In this document: positions 1 to 9,860 of the stretch, in pieces
Numbering within the stretch: the stretch's first letter is position 1
Layout: each line of letters opens with the position of its first letter
IMG/VR virus record: IMGVR_UViG_3300031707_000001
Coordinates: 124,001 to 188,000 of that record
DNA: 64,000 nt
Direction: 5' to 3' (one strand)
Position numbers and translations under genes: made by a program
Notes under the pieces: generated by a model
What the model was told of the DNA's origin: nothing
Seen by the model: the letters and a program-made list of their open reading frames with translations, nothing else
The model's database searches: none

Positions 1-2
1 TT

Positions 3-1124
3 ACGGCCGACTTCAGTAAGAATGCCAATCGCAAGGCGTATATCAATGTCGAGGACGATGGCAGTATTATCATGCGGGATGCTTGGGGCTCTGAGATCAT
101 CATGGGCTATGGTGGTATTACCATCAACTGTGCCGGCAACATTATGATTCGAAGTGGACAGAGTACGGTAGTATTGGCCGGAAAAGACTTCATTGGCAAA
201 GCTAAGAATTGCATGGACCTGTCAGCGACAGACAAGGATGTACGTATCAAGGCCGAGAACAATATGCAGATTCATGGCAAGGGTGTATTGGTGGAAAGTA
301 CAGCTACGGTTGAATCTGCAGCAGCTGACAACCCTACTGGAGTTATTTTGAAGGCCAAAGATTCTCGTATCCTGGCAATCGGTAAGAAGGTGCATCTTGC
401 CGGTAAGGAATCTGTGCTTGTTGACGGGAAAGACGATCAAGGCAAGATGCAAGGTAATATGTATGTGGCAGTGAAAGAATTCAATGTCATAGCTACAGAG
501 ATGGCAAACGTTATAGCGGGCAAGGAAGCCGGGTTGCTTATGACGCCTCGTTCTGCCGCTCTCGCTGGCGGAGATGCTTCCCTTGTTGGTGGTGCCAACG
601 TTGCCGTATTGCATGGTGCAAAGGCGTGGGTTCCTTTGTACGAAGCAGATATGACTAGTAATTTCTATGCGATCTTAGCACAATATTTCGTCACCATATA
701 CAACATCTATATCACAGGAAACGGCTGGCTTGATCCGTTCAATCCTAGTAACCGGTACAACGTGGAGTTTTTGTTCCGTTCATCTTCAGAATATGGTACA
801 TTACAAGCAATGACGTTGGAAGGCGCCAGTGAGTTTCATGTCTATCAGGCTACGTGGACTTGCTTGGCTAACCAACACCAATCGATGCTTTCAGGTGTTA
901 CGGTTGTACCATGGAAAGAAAATAGTGTGAACGATACATATCCGTGGCCGGGTGCGGATATCTATGACAGAGAATCAGGATATGTAAAAGTCGATCCTGA
1001 ATCCAATAAGTCAAATATCGAGGATTTTCAAAACGAAATAGCAAAAATACGGAAGGAGGTTGTCAATCAGGTTGACAATCTCAAAGCAGTAGGATTCGAC
1101 GAATACGAAGTCGCACAAACATAA
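3..1124 (+). CDS. Baseplate hub/spike (VgrG/gp5-like) protein, 5'-truncated by the window
   Basis: Frame is open from position 3 (TADFSKNANRKAYINVEDDGSIIMRDAWGSEIIM...). Short repeated beta-strands (ITINCAGNIMIRSGQSTVVLAGKD) resemble gp5/VgrG C-terminal regions. It lies upstream of the chaperone and tape-measure genes. Confidence 0.5.
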   Translation, partial: TADFSKNANRKAYINVEDDGSIIMRDAWGSEIIMGYGGITINCAGNIMIRSGQSTVVLAGKDFIGKAKNCMDLSATDKDVRIKAENNMQIHGKGVLVESTATVESAAADNPTGVILKAKDSRILAIGKKVHLAGKESVLVDGKDDQGKMQGNMYVAVKEFNVIATEMANVIAGKEAGLLMTPRSAALAGGDASLVGGANVAVLHGAKAWVPLYEADMTSNFYAILAQYFVTIYNIYITGNGWLDPFNPSNRYNVEFLFRSSSEYGTLQAMTLEGASEFHVYQATWTCLANQHQSMLSGVTVVPWKENSVNDTYPWPGADIYDRESGYVKVDPESNKSNIEDFQNEIAKIRKEVVNQVDNLKAVGFDEYEVAQT

Positions 1125-1134
1125 GGAGCAGGTC

Positions 1135-1842
1135 ATGGACCTAAAAGAAAAACTAGCAGAAAGACTGGCACAAGGTGGAGCAATTGGTTCAGCAGACGTG
1201 GCTGAATTTTCCACCCCTGCCAAAGATAAAAAAGAGGTTAGTGGTGATGTTAAAACGCCTCTAACCGAGAATGCCAAAAAGGATCCTATCCTGAAAGCAT
1301 CAAATGATGGCGGAGTTGCCAGGGCGTTGGCGGATGAAGTTTCAACGTCTGCAATTTCCGAACCTGTGGTAATTTCGGACAAGGATAGAGAGGCGTTCTT
1401 GGATGCCTTGGTATCAGGCGCCCGGTTCGAATTGCCTTTCGAACTATTCAGAGGAAAAATCAAAGGACGTTTTCGTTCCCGTACTCAAGCTGAGACAGGG
1501 GCCGTTATATCCTATGTCAGCTATGAATGTAGGAAAGAAAAGGTCATCACAGGTATTGAATATTCCAATCGCCTGCGTAATATGCTGCTAGCAACACAGG
1601 TGAAGGAACTCAATGGTTTGGCATTTCTACCATTGAAGGATCCGCTCTTACGCACTATGGATGGCGAAAAGGCTATTGAACCTGGGTGGTTGGATCAGGT
1701 AACATATTGGGAAAAGCAGGGTGATGGTTTGGTCAACGCAATTTACAAGGAATTGCAAATATTTGAGCGGAAGTATTGGACAATGGTCGACAACGCCGGA
1801 GATCAAAATTTCTGGAATCCCGCAGGATCTACCTCCAAGTAG
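1135..1842 (+). CDS. Tail assembly chaperone (gpG-like)
   Basis: AAGGAG RBS. Ends just after an in-frame slippery heptamer and lies two ORFs upstream of the tape-measure-like gene. Confidence 0.7.
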   Translation: MDLKEKLAERLAQGGAIGSADVAEFSTPAKDKKEVSGDVKTPLTENAKKDPILKASNDGGVARALADEVSTSAISEPVVISDKDREAFLDALVSGARFELPFELFRGKIKGRFRSRTQAETGAVISYVSYECRKEKVITGIEYSNRLRNMLLATQVKELNGLAFLPLKDPLLRTMDGEKAIEPGWLDQVTYWEKQGDGLVNAIYKELQIFERKYWTMVDNAGDQNFWNPAGSTSK

Positions 1843-2180
1843 CGACTCTCCTGCGGGCAAGCCATGCTCCATTACAATTTGAGCATAGACACTCAGCATT
1901 GAGTATGCAGCTGAGAATGGACGTACACGAGTCGGTACTGTACCAGGAAGCCGGGCTAAGTTACATGATAGCCCTGGCGGCCTTGCATGCTCATGAAGAT
2001 TCGAATTTTGCAAAGGCCGGGGCGTTAGTGAATAAGATGTATTTCGATGCTATGGGTGCCATCCCATACATGACGGAAGGCCGTTCCGGAGACGAGATGG
2101 CAAACGAAGAACGTAATAAGGCTATCGAACGGTTCGAAGAGTATCGGAAGGCTACGATAAAAGAAGGACCAAGAAGGTAA
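1776..2180 (+). CDS. Tail assembly chaperone C-terminal extension (gpT-like), probably made as a 1135-2180 fusion by -1 frameshift
   Basis: ORF is in the -1 frame relative to 1135..1842, overlaps its end, and has no convincing start or RBS of its own at 1776. Confidence 0.7.
   Translation: MDNGRQRRRSKFLESRRIYLQVATLLRASHAPLQFEHRHSALSMQLRMDVHESVLYQEAGLSYMIALAALHAHEDSNFAKAGALVNKMYFDAMGAIPYMTEGRSGDEMANEERNKAIERFEEYRKATIKEGPRR
1806..1857 (+). other. Programmed -1 ribosomal frameshift signal
   Basis: In-frame A_AAT_TTC (X XXY YYZ) at 1806-1812, then a 6-nt spacer, then a perfect 9-bp stem CCCGCAGGA (1819-1827)/TCCTGCGGG (1849-1857). Confidence 0.85.
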
Positions 2181-2186
2181 CAGAAC

Positions 2187-5100
2187 ATGGCCTATGTACC
2201 CACAGATTTGTTGCAACGGATGCAAGGTGGTTCTACGACGCCCAGCTATGACCCAATAACCGGGCAACCTACGTATGCTCAACCGCAAGCGCCGGGGCTT
2301 CCGTTTATCTATGGGCAAGCACAGATGCCCGGCCCGCCCAATACGGGAAATCAATATGCCAACTTGGCTCTTGGCGTATTAGCACCAATTGCAGCCCAGA
2401 TGATGGGTATGCAGAATCCGCAATTTCAACCACAGGCTGGTCCAGGCGTAACACCTTCCATGGCCTATTACATGAGGGATGTGCAAGCACCCATCTTCCA
2501 GGCGGCACAGCAGCAATATCTGTGGCAATGGGGTGGTATGATGGGCGGTGCTGTTGGAGCCATGACTGGCAATGCACAAATACAGCAGAACATGATCAAT
2601 GCCGGTCAAAGCGATATTGGGCGTATGATAACACAGATGGTCATGAGTACACCCATAGCACAGAATATCATGGGTGGCGATCCCATGCGCATGCAGGAAT
2701 CCATTTTTGCTGCTCGTGGTTCCTTTGCTGGTAACCAGTTGGTAGATCCCAGGAACCTTTCAGCACAAGTGGGTATGGCCCGCCAGACCAACGACTTCAT
2801 AATGAATCTCACCGGCGCCATGTATGGACGTCCTGATGGCGGTATGGGAATCACACCTAACTTCTCTTTTACCAGAGGGTTCGGTGCCCAGGATATCGGT
2901 ACGCTGGCGCAACAGATGGCGATCCGTGGCACGCCAGGGTTTGTTGGTTTGACCGAAACTGCGGGAATGGACCCAGGACAGGCCAGGGCTGTGGAAGGTG
3001 TACGGTCGACAGGTCGGGTGCAGCAATTAGGACAGATGCTAGGAACAGTATCGGCGCTCAGCGAATTGATGGGTGGCGGTACTATGAACGAACTTATTAC
3101 TACATTGGATAGGTTGACAAATATGCGTTGGCCTACACTCAATGCTGCCAGATTGGAGCAGACATTTCGCCAGATGTCTGCGACGGCACAGGTGATCGGC
3201 GTAAGCGGACCAACAATGATGGCAACGGCGGAGAACTTCCAGCAGGGTATGAACATGGCGGCGGGCATTGGGCCGGCACAAGCGGCGCTGGGCGTTACGG
3301 CCGGTGGATATGCAGATTTGCCTGTTGCAGGGTACCTGACCAATCTGACTCTTGGTGGAGCAAAGGCCCGGGGTGTTCAAGGTGATCCTGTAGCCGTGGC
3401 CCGTATGGCTGCGCAACAGACGGCTTTGATGAACATTGGTTTCAACGCCCCATTTGGACGAGATGCCAGATTGATGGGATGGTTGGCAGAAACCGGGCAG
3501 ATCGATGTAGGCACGTTCAATAACTTTGTACAGTCAACGAATCCAGAACAAGCCCAAGCTTTTGCAAACCAGGCTTTCACCAGTGCGTTTGGGACCAATG
3601 GGCCTGCTCGGGCCCGACGCATGATGTTGGATCCAGCCATGGCGTCCGTGGTTACACAAGGTACACAATACTTTGCTGGGCCGGTAACCGAAGGCATTGT
3701 CAATTTTCAGAATGTGGAGTTTGCCGAGCGTGCGCACCGTGGATTGATGCAGACTGAAGCTGGATTTGCCAGACGGTTGGCTACTGAAGCTGGAAGACTA
3801 CCTGGCCTACCTGTACCGTTGGCAGCGCATGCACGTATGCAGGGAACGCTTGATTACTTGACTGCCGTAGCCCGGGAGCCCGGTTTGGCAGCTGATGTTC
3901 GACAAATATTCGATCAGGCAACAGGTGAAGGATTGCAGCCACAGCAGGCAATGGCAAGGGTTCAGCAGTTCATGACAGCTAATCCGGCTTTTGAACCCCA
4001 TCGAATGGCTATCCGGCAAGCCCAACAGGAATCATTGATGGGTGAAGAGACAAACCGTATTGCCTTCTTAAGTCCTGAGTTGCAGGAAGATGCTATTACA
4101 AGAGCACAACGTCGGGTGTGGCGTACGGATCCATCTTTACGTCCACTCATTGGCGAAATTGATGGAATGTTTGCTCGGGCCAATCAGATGGAGAGAACAG
4201 GCGATCAGACCGGTGCAAGTAAACTTCGTGAAGATGCACGGCAAAAACAGATACACGAACTTGAAGGTCATATTCCTCCTCATTTGAAAGATGCAGGCGA
4301 GCATGTACGAGCATTCAAGTCAAAGCAACTTATGGATATTCGTGCTCGGTCGGGTGCCGCCAGACTAGCCGGCGAGGCCATTGATGCGGGTAGAAAAGTA
4401 GGTGCAGACATCGGTACGGTCGTTGATGAGCAAGCTGCTATTATGCGAATGTTCGAAGCCGTAAGAGGTGGACAAGATTATACGCCGATTCTGATGCAAT
4501 TGCATGCCACGACAGATCCAGCAGAGTGGAGAGCAGGCGGACGCATGGGCAATATTGCGCTGGCGCTTAGAGAGGGTACAACGTCCACTAAGTTCCTCGA
4601 ACAAGAGGCCGGCCAACGAGCAGTTTTGGGCGCTTTGCGTTTGCAATATGGAAGCACAGAGGCCGCACAAGGCGGGTTTGCTGGTACAGGTCAGGCAGTT
4701 TCAGATCGCATATTAGGCGCCATCGTTACTCGATCGGTGGCAGGTACTGCCCAGGAGTTGGCTCAAAGTAAGAAACTTTCTGATTTGAGACAGTCTGGTG
4801 CCTATAGAACATTTCAACAGAGAGTTACGGAAGGACTTACAGGTGAAATATCTCCAGCAGACGTTTTTGGATTGGAAGGCTTAAATGAACAACGCAAACT
4901 GTCTGCCCGTGATGAACGTTTGCAACAGGCTTTGGAAGACGTAGGTGTAGGAAGCACAGGTGCGGCATTTTTATTGGATGCCAAATTGTCATCGAAACAA
5001 AAAGAATCACTGGGAATAAAGAGCAAAGAAGATCTGATGATGGCAGCAGGAAGTAACGCCGAAGCTATCAAAAAATGGGATGTAAAGGCACGGCGAGCAC

Positions 5101-5258
5101 TCGGTGAAGCAGCGTTGCAGGTTTCAGAAAAAGAGTCTAAAGAACGAGGCGAAGGCGACGGTAAAGATCTTGGTCGAGTCAGATTGACTGGCGAACTGGT
5201 TTTGAAGCAGAACGGTGTAACGATTGGAACGGTCCAACGTATGCATAGCAAATCATAG
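2187..5258 (+). CDS. Tape-measure-like protein
   Basis: 1023 aa, rich in A/G/Q/M, looks helical, and directly follows the frameshifted chaperone pair. Confidence 0.7.
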   Translation: MAYVPTDLLQRMQGGSTTPSYDPITGQPTYAQPQAPGLPFIYGQAQMPGPPNTGNQYANLALGVLAPIAAQMMGMQNPQFQPQAGPGVTPSMAYYMRDVQAPIFQAAQQQYLWQWGGMMGGAVGAMTGNAQIQQNMINAGQSDIGRMITQMVMSTPIAQNIMGGDPMRMQESIFAARGSFAGNQLVDPRNLSAQVGMARQTNDFIMNLTGAMYGRPDGGMGITPNFSFTRGFGAQDIGTLAQQMAIRGTPGFVGLTETAGMDPGQARAVEGVRSTGRVQQLGQMLGTVSALSELMGGGTMNELITTLDRLTNMRWPTLNAARLEQTFRQMSATAQVIGVSGPTMMATAENFQQGMNMAAGIGPAQAALGVTAGGYADLPVAGYLTNLTLGGAKARGVQGDPVAVARMAAQQTALMNIGFNAPFGRDARLMGWLAETGQIDVGTFNNFVQSTNPEQAQAFANQAFTSAFGTNGPARARRMMLDPAMASVVTQGTQYFAGPVTEGIVNFQNVEFAERAHRGLMQTEAGFARRLATEAGRLPGLPVPLAAHARMQGTLDYLTAVAREPGLAADVRQIFDQATGEGLQPQQAMARVQQFMTANPAFEPHRMAIRQAQQESLMGEETNRIAFLSPELQEDAITRAQRRVWRTDPSLRPLIGEIDGMFARANQMERTGDQTGASKLREDARQKQIHELEGHIPPHLKDAGEHVRAFKSKQLMDIRARSGAARLAGEAIDAGRKVGADIGTVVDEQAAIMRMFEAVRGGQDYTPILMQLHATTDPAEWRAGGRMGNIALALREGTTSTKFLEQEAGQRAVLGALRLQYGSTEAAQGGFAGTGQAVSDRILGAIVTRSVAGTAQELAQSKKLSDLRQSGAYRTFQQRVTEGLTGEISPADVFGLEGLNEQRKLSARDERLQQALEDVGVGSTGAAFLLDAKLSSKQKESLGIKSKEDLMMAAGSNAEAIKKWDVKARRALGEAALQVSEKESKERGEGDGKDLGRVRLTGELVLKQNGVTIGTVQRMHSKS

Positions 5259-5268
5259 GAACTATACC

Positions 5269-5784
5269 ATGTACGTATTTGGATACGATAACCGCATGGC
5301 CGGAACATTTACAGCTGTGGATTTGAACACTGAAAAGGGACACGGTGCGTTTTTGGAATTGGTCCAGGGTGCAAATCTTCCACAGGGTTTTTTGGATTCG
5401 ATGATTGTAACCGGGATAAGCTTTTCCGAAAGAGAAAAGTTTCATATTGTAGATTGCTTTAACGACGTTGCTCATACATATGCTTTTGGTCACGATCCTA
5501 CATCAAGTATGGTTTCGATCAGCTATGTCGGATTTTTGGTTTCACCGTGCACAAAAGGAGCAGGAGGAGAAGCAACATTTGATTCGTTAACTCGCATGTT
5601 AGAGGCATACTCATCCAACCGAATATCTAAAAATCCTGTGGCATTGAATGTGCATCTTGGAGCTACGTTGCTGAAGGGATTCCTCATTTCAATTCAATCC
5701 GGGACATCTAGTGTGGACTACAACCTTCAAAACTATTCCATGGAACTGCTTGCCGTGGATGTGATCGAGCCTAACTATGGTTAA
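5269..5784 (+). CDS. Hypothetical tail protein
   Basis: AGGA RBS before ATG 5269; follows the tape measure in the tail operon. Confidence 0.55.
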   Translation: MYVFGYDNRMAGTFTAVDLNTEKGHGAFLELVQGANLPQGFLDSMIVTGISFSEREKFHIVDCFNDVAHTYAFGHDPTSSMVSISYVGFLVSPCTKGAGGEATFDSLTRMLEAYSSNRISKNPVALNVHLGATLLKGFLISIQSGTSSVDYNLQNYSMELLAVDVIEPNYG

Positions 5785-6583
5785 CCAAACACGTACAATT
5801 CTGCTTAATCGGCCGTCGCCATACTTCGATGGAGTTGTGGGTTCCGAATACATTTCGCCGGAGTTTTCGCCGGCCATCCTGGATACGGAAATGACCCGCA
5901 TTCATGATCTATTATTTCCTCAAGGCATCGATAAGTTCACGGAAAACTACATCGTGGCTTTGTTGCTGCATATTTTGCATACACCTGAATTGTTGTCTTA
6001 CACCCTTTATCCGGACGATCGAATTACTTATGACTTATCCCAGGACGCCACGGGACACATCACTAATGCTCCTGTCGTTATGACCTCGATTTTAGTCGGA
6101 TCCAATGTGGTGCCATCCTATAAATTGAATGCGGACAACTATCCACAGAATCTGATTTACGCCGGCGAACATACCTGGGTTTGTACGAAGACCGGAGCAA
6201 CTCAGTTAAGGATCGTGCATAACGAAATGACAGAAACGGTAAACATTGCAGCAGGAACTCGTAGTGAGTTGATCGAACTCCTTCCCGGATATCTCTATGC
6301 CTATTTTGATATGCCTTCACAGCAACTAACAGGTACAGTCCAGGTAACCTATACTACCAAAGTGGCGCCACCGTATAACATTGCTGCCAAGTTTGATGAA
6401 CTATTACAGTTAGTGCATCAGGAGGGTATGCTGGCTGACTTGTTTGCACCGGCGCCGGGATATTCTGTACAGCTTCAGAATTTGAGGGATGCATTGAACA
6501 ATAGCCCAGAGATTACACTTCGTTTTGGATCGTTGGTGTTGGCATTCGTATATCATTGTGCTTTGTTATCCAAGGTAACTTGA
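5777..6583 (+). CDS. Hypothetical structural protein
   Basis: 268-aa ORF overlapping the previous stop in a tightly packed operon. Confidence 0.55.
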   Translation: MVNQTRTILLNRPSPYFDGVVGSEYISPEFSPAILDTEMTRIHDLLFPQGIDKFTENYIVALLLHILHTPELLSYTLYPDDRITYDLSQDATGHITNAPVVMTSILVGSNVVPSYKLNADNYPQNLIYAGEHTWVCTKTGATQLRIVHNEMTETVNIAAGTRSELIELLPGYLYAYFDMPSQQLTGTVQVTYTTKVAPPYNIAAKFDELLQLVHQEGMLADLFAPAPGYSVQLQNLRDALNNSPEITLRFGSLVLAFVYHCALLSKVT

Positions 6584-6584
6584 C

Positions 6585-8222
6585 ATGGCTGATAAGATTC
6601 CCAATATTGAAAACGTATACACCTTCAAGAATGTAAAGTTTACCACTACTGAAACGGAAGGTGGAAATTCGAAAGACTGGTGTGTCTCTTACATAGAAAT
6701 TGTTTTGGTCGAAAACGGAATACCTAAGATTGAACTACACGTTGATCCTATGCATAAGCCAGACGATAGTACTGGTGCATCTAGCATTGAAGGGCTGAAA
6801 ACGTTTGCTGCTTGGAATCTGGAAGTCCAAAGACTTGCATCAATAAAAGCAAATGCTTTACTGGAGTTTGAAGTATGGCGAGGGGATAAGAAAGATCAAT
6901 CCTTTGCTATTGAAGATTGGATAGTTACTGAAGGTGGATTACTAACGGGCCACGGTAATTTTGAACTGGTCATAGTGATCCAACATCCTTTGGTATTGGC
7001 GAATTTCTTTAGTACAAGCATCAGTAATCTCGCTGTGCCGGAAACGCCTATGACAGATGCTATCTTAACTACAGATATGGTGGAAGCTATTGCCAGTACT
7101 TTGGAACTTTATGCAATATCTACATTCAATACTGTATCTACTGAACCGCCGTGTGCCAACATTGTCGCACAAGAGCCTGAAGTAGATATTGCCGCCCAAT
7201 TTGCGTCTGAAATGTCTGAATTGACAAGTACCATACGTACCGAACTGAAATGGAATGGTGGATTCTACGATCTACCCGGCGGAACAACATATGCGTTTTG
7301 GCCAGTATGCAACGGAGAATTGACATCATCAGTGGAGTATATGGGAATTTCACTTGCCCACTATTTTTGGGGTTTGCGAGACACAAACGTGTGGGATATT
7401 ATTGCACAGCAAATAGTTGGGCACTGGTGTGTTAGTATTCTTCCTACATATTGGAAAGCGTTAACGTTGACTCCGACTACACCGTGGGCAAAACCTTCGA
7501 TCGTAATCGATGATACCAATATTTCAGAATCTCAATTTCCGGGCTACGAACGCAATATCATTGCTGGTGTGGTCCTATACATGCAAGGACCTAATTCAGG
7601 TGTGGGTTATACTGATTGGTTAGGCGGCGAAGCTGATGAAGAACAAATGACTGATGGTGTTGTTTATCGTCTGCCAAACAATGCCATAGGGGCGATTGAG
7701 GACCACAATGTTCCCGGTTGGTTAAGCAGTGTAATGATGGCCGCAGCTTCGGCGTCAGGTGAATACGGTGCAAGTAACCAGGCAAGCAGCAATATGGTGA
7801 CACCGAGCAATACACCACAAGGGAATGCCCCAGACGCTACAACCGGAAATCTGTATTTACAGAGCGCCGAAGAGTTTCGATGCGCCCTTTATCACTGTGC
7901 ACATCAGATATTTCTGACACAGTTCAAAAGCGGTACGCAGGCCAATGTCAGTATGCGTTTGATGCTTTCCCAAAAAACTGCAGCAGATAACCACGACGAT
8001 GACATCATCCCGGGTAAAAGTTGTCGTATAACTTCGAAAGGTCAAGCTGTTTTGGACTTCTACATCACGATGGTTGTTCATCGTATTGACTTTGCTCACT
8101 CAGTAGCCGATACTACTTTGGCGGGTAAGTATGTGCGTCCTCCGAACGGATTTGAAAATTTGTTGGACACAACCTCTACGGTACCGAATCCAGCCTATGT
8201 TGAATTAGCAGGAGCAGGTTAA
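6585..8222 (+). CDS. Putative baseplate hub/tail protein
   Basis: 545 aa. The C-terminal IIPGKSCRI...FYITMVVHRID pattern resembles the end of gpD/gp27-like hub proteins; context supports this. Confidence 0.45.
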   Translation: MADKIPNIENVYTFKNVKFTTTETEGGNSKDWCVSYIEIVLVENGIPKIELHVDPMHKPDDSTGASSIEGLKTFAAWNLEVQRLASIKANALLEFEVWRGDKKDQSFAIEDWIVTEGGLLTGHGNFELVIVIQHPLVLANFFSTSISNLAVPETPMTDAILTTDMVEAIASTLELYAISTFNTVSTEPPCANIVAQEPEVDIAAQFASEMSELTSTIRTELKWNGGFYDLPGGTTYAFWPVCNGELTSSVEYMGISLAHYFWGLRDTNVWDIIAQQIVGHWCVSILPTYWKALTLTPTTPWAKPSIVIDDTNISESQFPGYERNIIAGVVLYMQGPNSGVGYTDWLGGEADEEQMTDGVVYRLPNNAIGAIEDHNVPGWLSSVMMAAASASGEYGASNQASSNMVTPSNTPQGNAPDATTGNLYLQSAEEFRCALYHCAHQIFLTQFKSGTQANVSMRLMLSQKTAADNHDDDIIPGKSCRITSKGQAVLDFYITMVVHRIDFAHSVADTTLAGKYVRPPNGFENLLDTTSTVPNPAYVELAGAG

Positions 8223-8920
8223 TGACTATCCCTGAATATGATGTATGGAAAAAGGAACCTTCGCCGGAGAATATGGCCAAGGTGGTAACAGCGTTGGATC
8301 CTACAATCAACGCCGAGATCCAGCGGTATAACGGGCCGAAGCCCTTGCTGCGAAGCAAAGCCAAGCTGCTGGCGGTGAATGCTGTGCGAACGTATGATCC
8401 CAATAGGGGAGCCCATATTCGATCCTGGCTTGTGACGCAGCTTCAGCCACTAAGCCGGTATGGACAGCAACTGCGTCCTGTGCATGCTTCGGAGATGGCT
8501 ATACGCCAGGCGGCAGAACTGAACCGCCTTGAAAAGGAGTACGGGGATAAGCACGGCCGGAATCCCACCTTACCGGAATTGGCAGACGAGGTTGGGATAC
8601 CTGTGGCTCGCATCAATAAGATTCGTAAGCAGGTAAAACCTTCAATATCCGAATCTGCTTTCATGGAGGCAGATGACGACGAGGGGAAATCCATGCCCGG
8701 AACGCAAGCTCCAGATGTGCTAGGCATGGCTGAGGAAATAGTGTATGATTCTTTGAGTCCACGGGATCGGATGATTCACGATCTCAAAGTGGGGCGCCAC
8801 GGTAAGCCTGTATTGCCCAATCAGGAAATAGCCAAACGGCTGGGCGTAACGCCGGCGCTGATCAGTCAGCGTAGTCAGCAGATTGCCATGCAGATACAGG
8901 ATATAGCTTCGAAGAGGTAA
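8222..8920 (+). CDS. Sigma-70 family RNA polymerase sigma factor
   Basis: Region 2-like AVRTYDPNRGAHIRSWL, region 3 GRNPTLPELADEVGI, region 4 HTH LSPRDR...NQEIAKRLGVTPALISQR. Confidence 0.85.
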   Translation: MTIPEYDVWKKEPSPENMAKVVTALDPTINAEIQRYNGPKPLLRSKAKLLAVNAVRTYDPNRGAHIRSWLVTQLQPLSRYGQQLRPVHASEMAIRQAAELNRLEKEYGDKHGRNPTLPELADEVGIPVARINKIRKQVKPSISESAFMEADDDEGKSMPGTQAPDVLGMAEEIVYDSLSPRDRMIHDLKVGRHGKPVLPNQEIAKRLGVTPALISQRSQQIAMQIQDIASKR

Positions 8921-8921
8921 T

Positions 8922-9353
8922 ATGTTTTCGGATGCCATCAAATATTTTGATAAGTATCGCCAGGACCGGGGCGAAGCTTTGAACAACCAAAAGCGTATGC
9001 GCTGGTCTACCAGCGATGTAAAAGATCTGAAGTCCTTGCAAGAGACATTTTCGTCGACCAAGGAGAATGCGGATTGGCAAAGCAGCTACGATAAGCTAAA
9101 GACGGCACAGAAAACCAAAAAAGCTGTACCGCAAGAAACGATTTCCAAGCGACAAGCACAGCAAATGAAGATCAGCTTTCTGGCGGGTTGTCGCCGGGAT
9201 TTGAGAATTCTATTCATTTCCGGAACGAATGCTATGAGGACGCCGTTGGATTGGGACCGTTATGAATTCATGAAAGTAGAATTCCATCGGCAGAAGTTGG
9301 CATTGTTGGAACAGGCAATCCACGAACGTGAAGGCAAGCCGAGCGGAGGATAA
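8922..9353 (+). CDS. Hypothetical protein
   Basis: 143-aa ORF with GAGG RBS, packed in the operon. Confidence 0.6.
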   Translation: MFSDAIKYFDKYRQDRGEALNNQKRMRWSTSDVKDLKSLQETFSSTKENADWQSSYDKLKTAQKTKKAVPQETISKRQAQQMKISFLAGCRRDLRILFISGTNAMRTPLDWDRYEFMKVEFHRQKLALLEQAIHEREGKPSGG

Positions 9354-9355
9354 GT

Positions 9356-9856
9356 ATGCCCACATTCATGCCTTACACGGATGATTATACGAATAGACAG
9401 GTAGACATAGAGTTGCTGCAGTCTATTTCTCAACCTGTAGATTTGAAGCAGGTGTCGATTAGCTCAGTCACTTTGTCACCCAAGGCTGTTACTGGCATTC
9501 AGAAACTAGTTCAACGTTATGCATCTGCGTTGTTGGCATATCTAGGATCAGTACATTTTGCGCAGGATTATGGTACCAACTTGATATCAACTGTACTGGC
9601 AGGTGGAGTACAGAACATTGCTCAGCTTCAGGCTGCCTTTGCCAGTGCAAACAGTTTGGCTATAGGTTCGTTACGAGCAGACGATCGTAAGACAGTAATA
9701 TTCGGGGCGCTTCCAGACGACGAAAATATAGCCTCTGCTCAGTTGCTGGACCAACAGATCGTTTATGAGACAGCAACGGTCAACCTGAAAGTATTGATAA
9801 CAACGCTGGCTGGTGATAGCGTTACATTCGTTGTTCCAGCAACAACTTCGAGGTAA
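9356..9856 (+). CDS. Baseplate wedge protein (gp25/gpW-like)
   Basis: TGIQKLVQR...GS....DYGT motif, size, and position just before a baseplate J-like gene. Confidence 0.65.
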   Translation: MPTFMPYTDDYTNRQVDIELLQSISQPVDLKQVSISSVTLSPKAVTGIQKLVQRYASALLAYLGSVHFAQDYGTNLISTVLAGGVQNIAQLQAAFASANSLAIGSLRADDRKTVIFGALPDDENIASAQLLDQQIVYETATVNLKVLITTLAGDSVTFVVPATTSR

Positions 9857-9860
9857 AATT

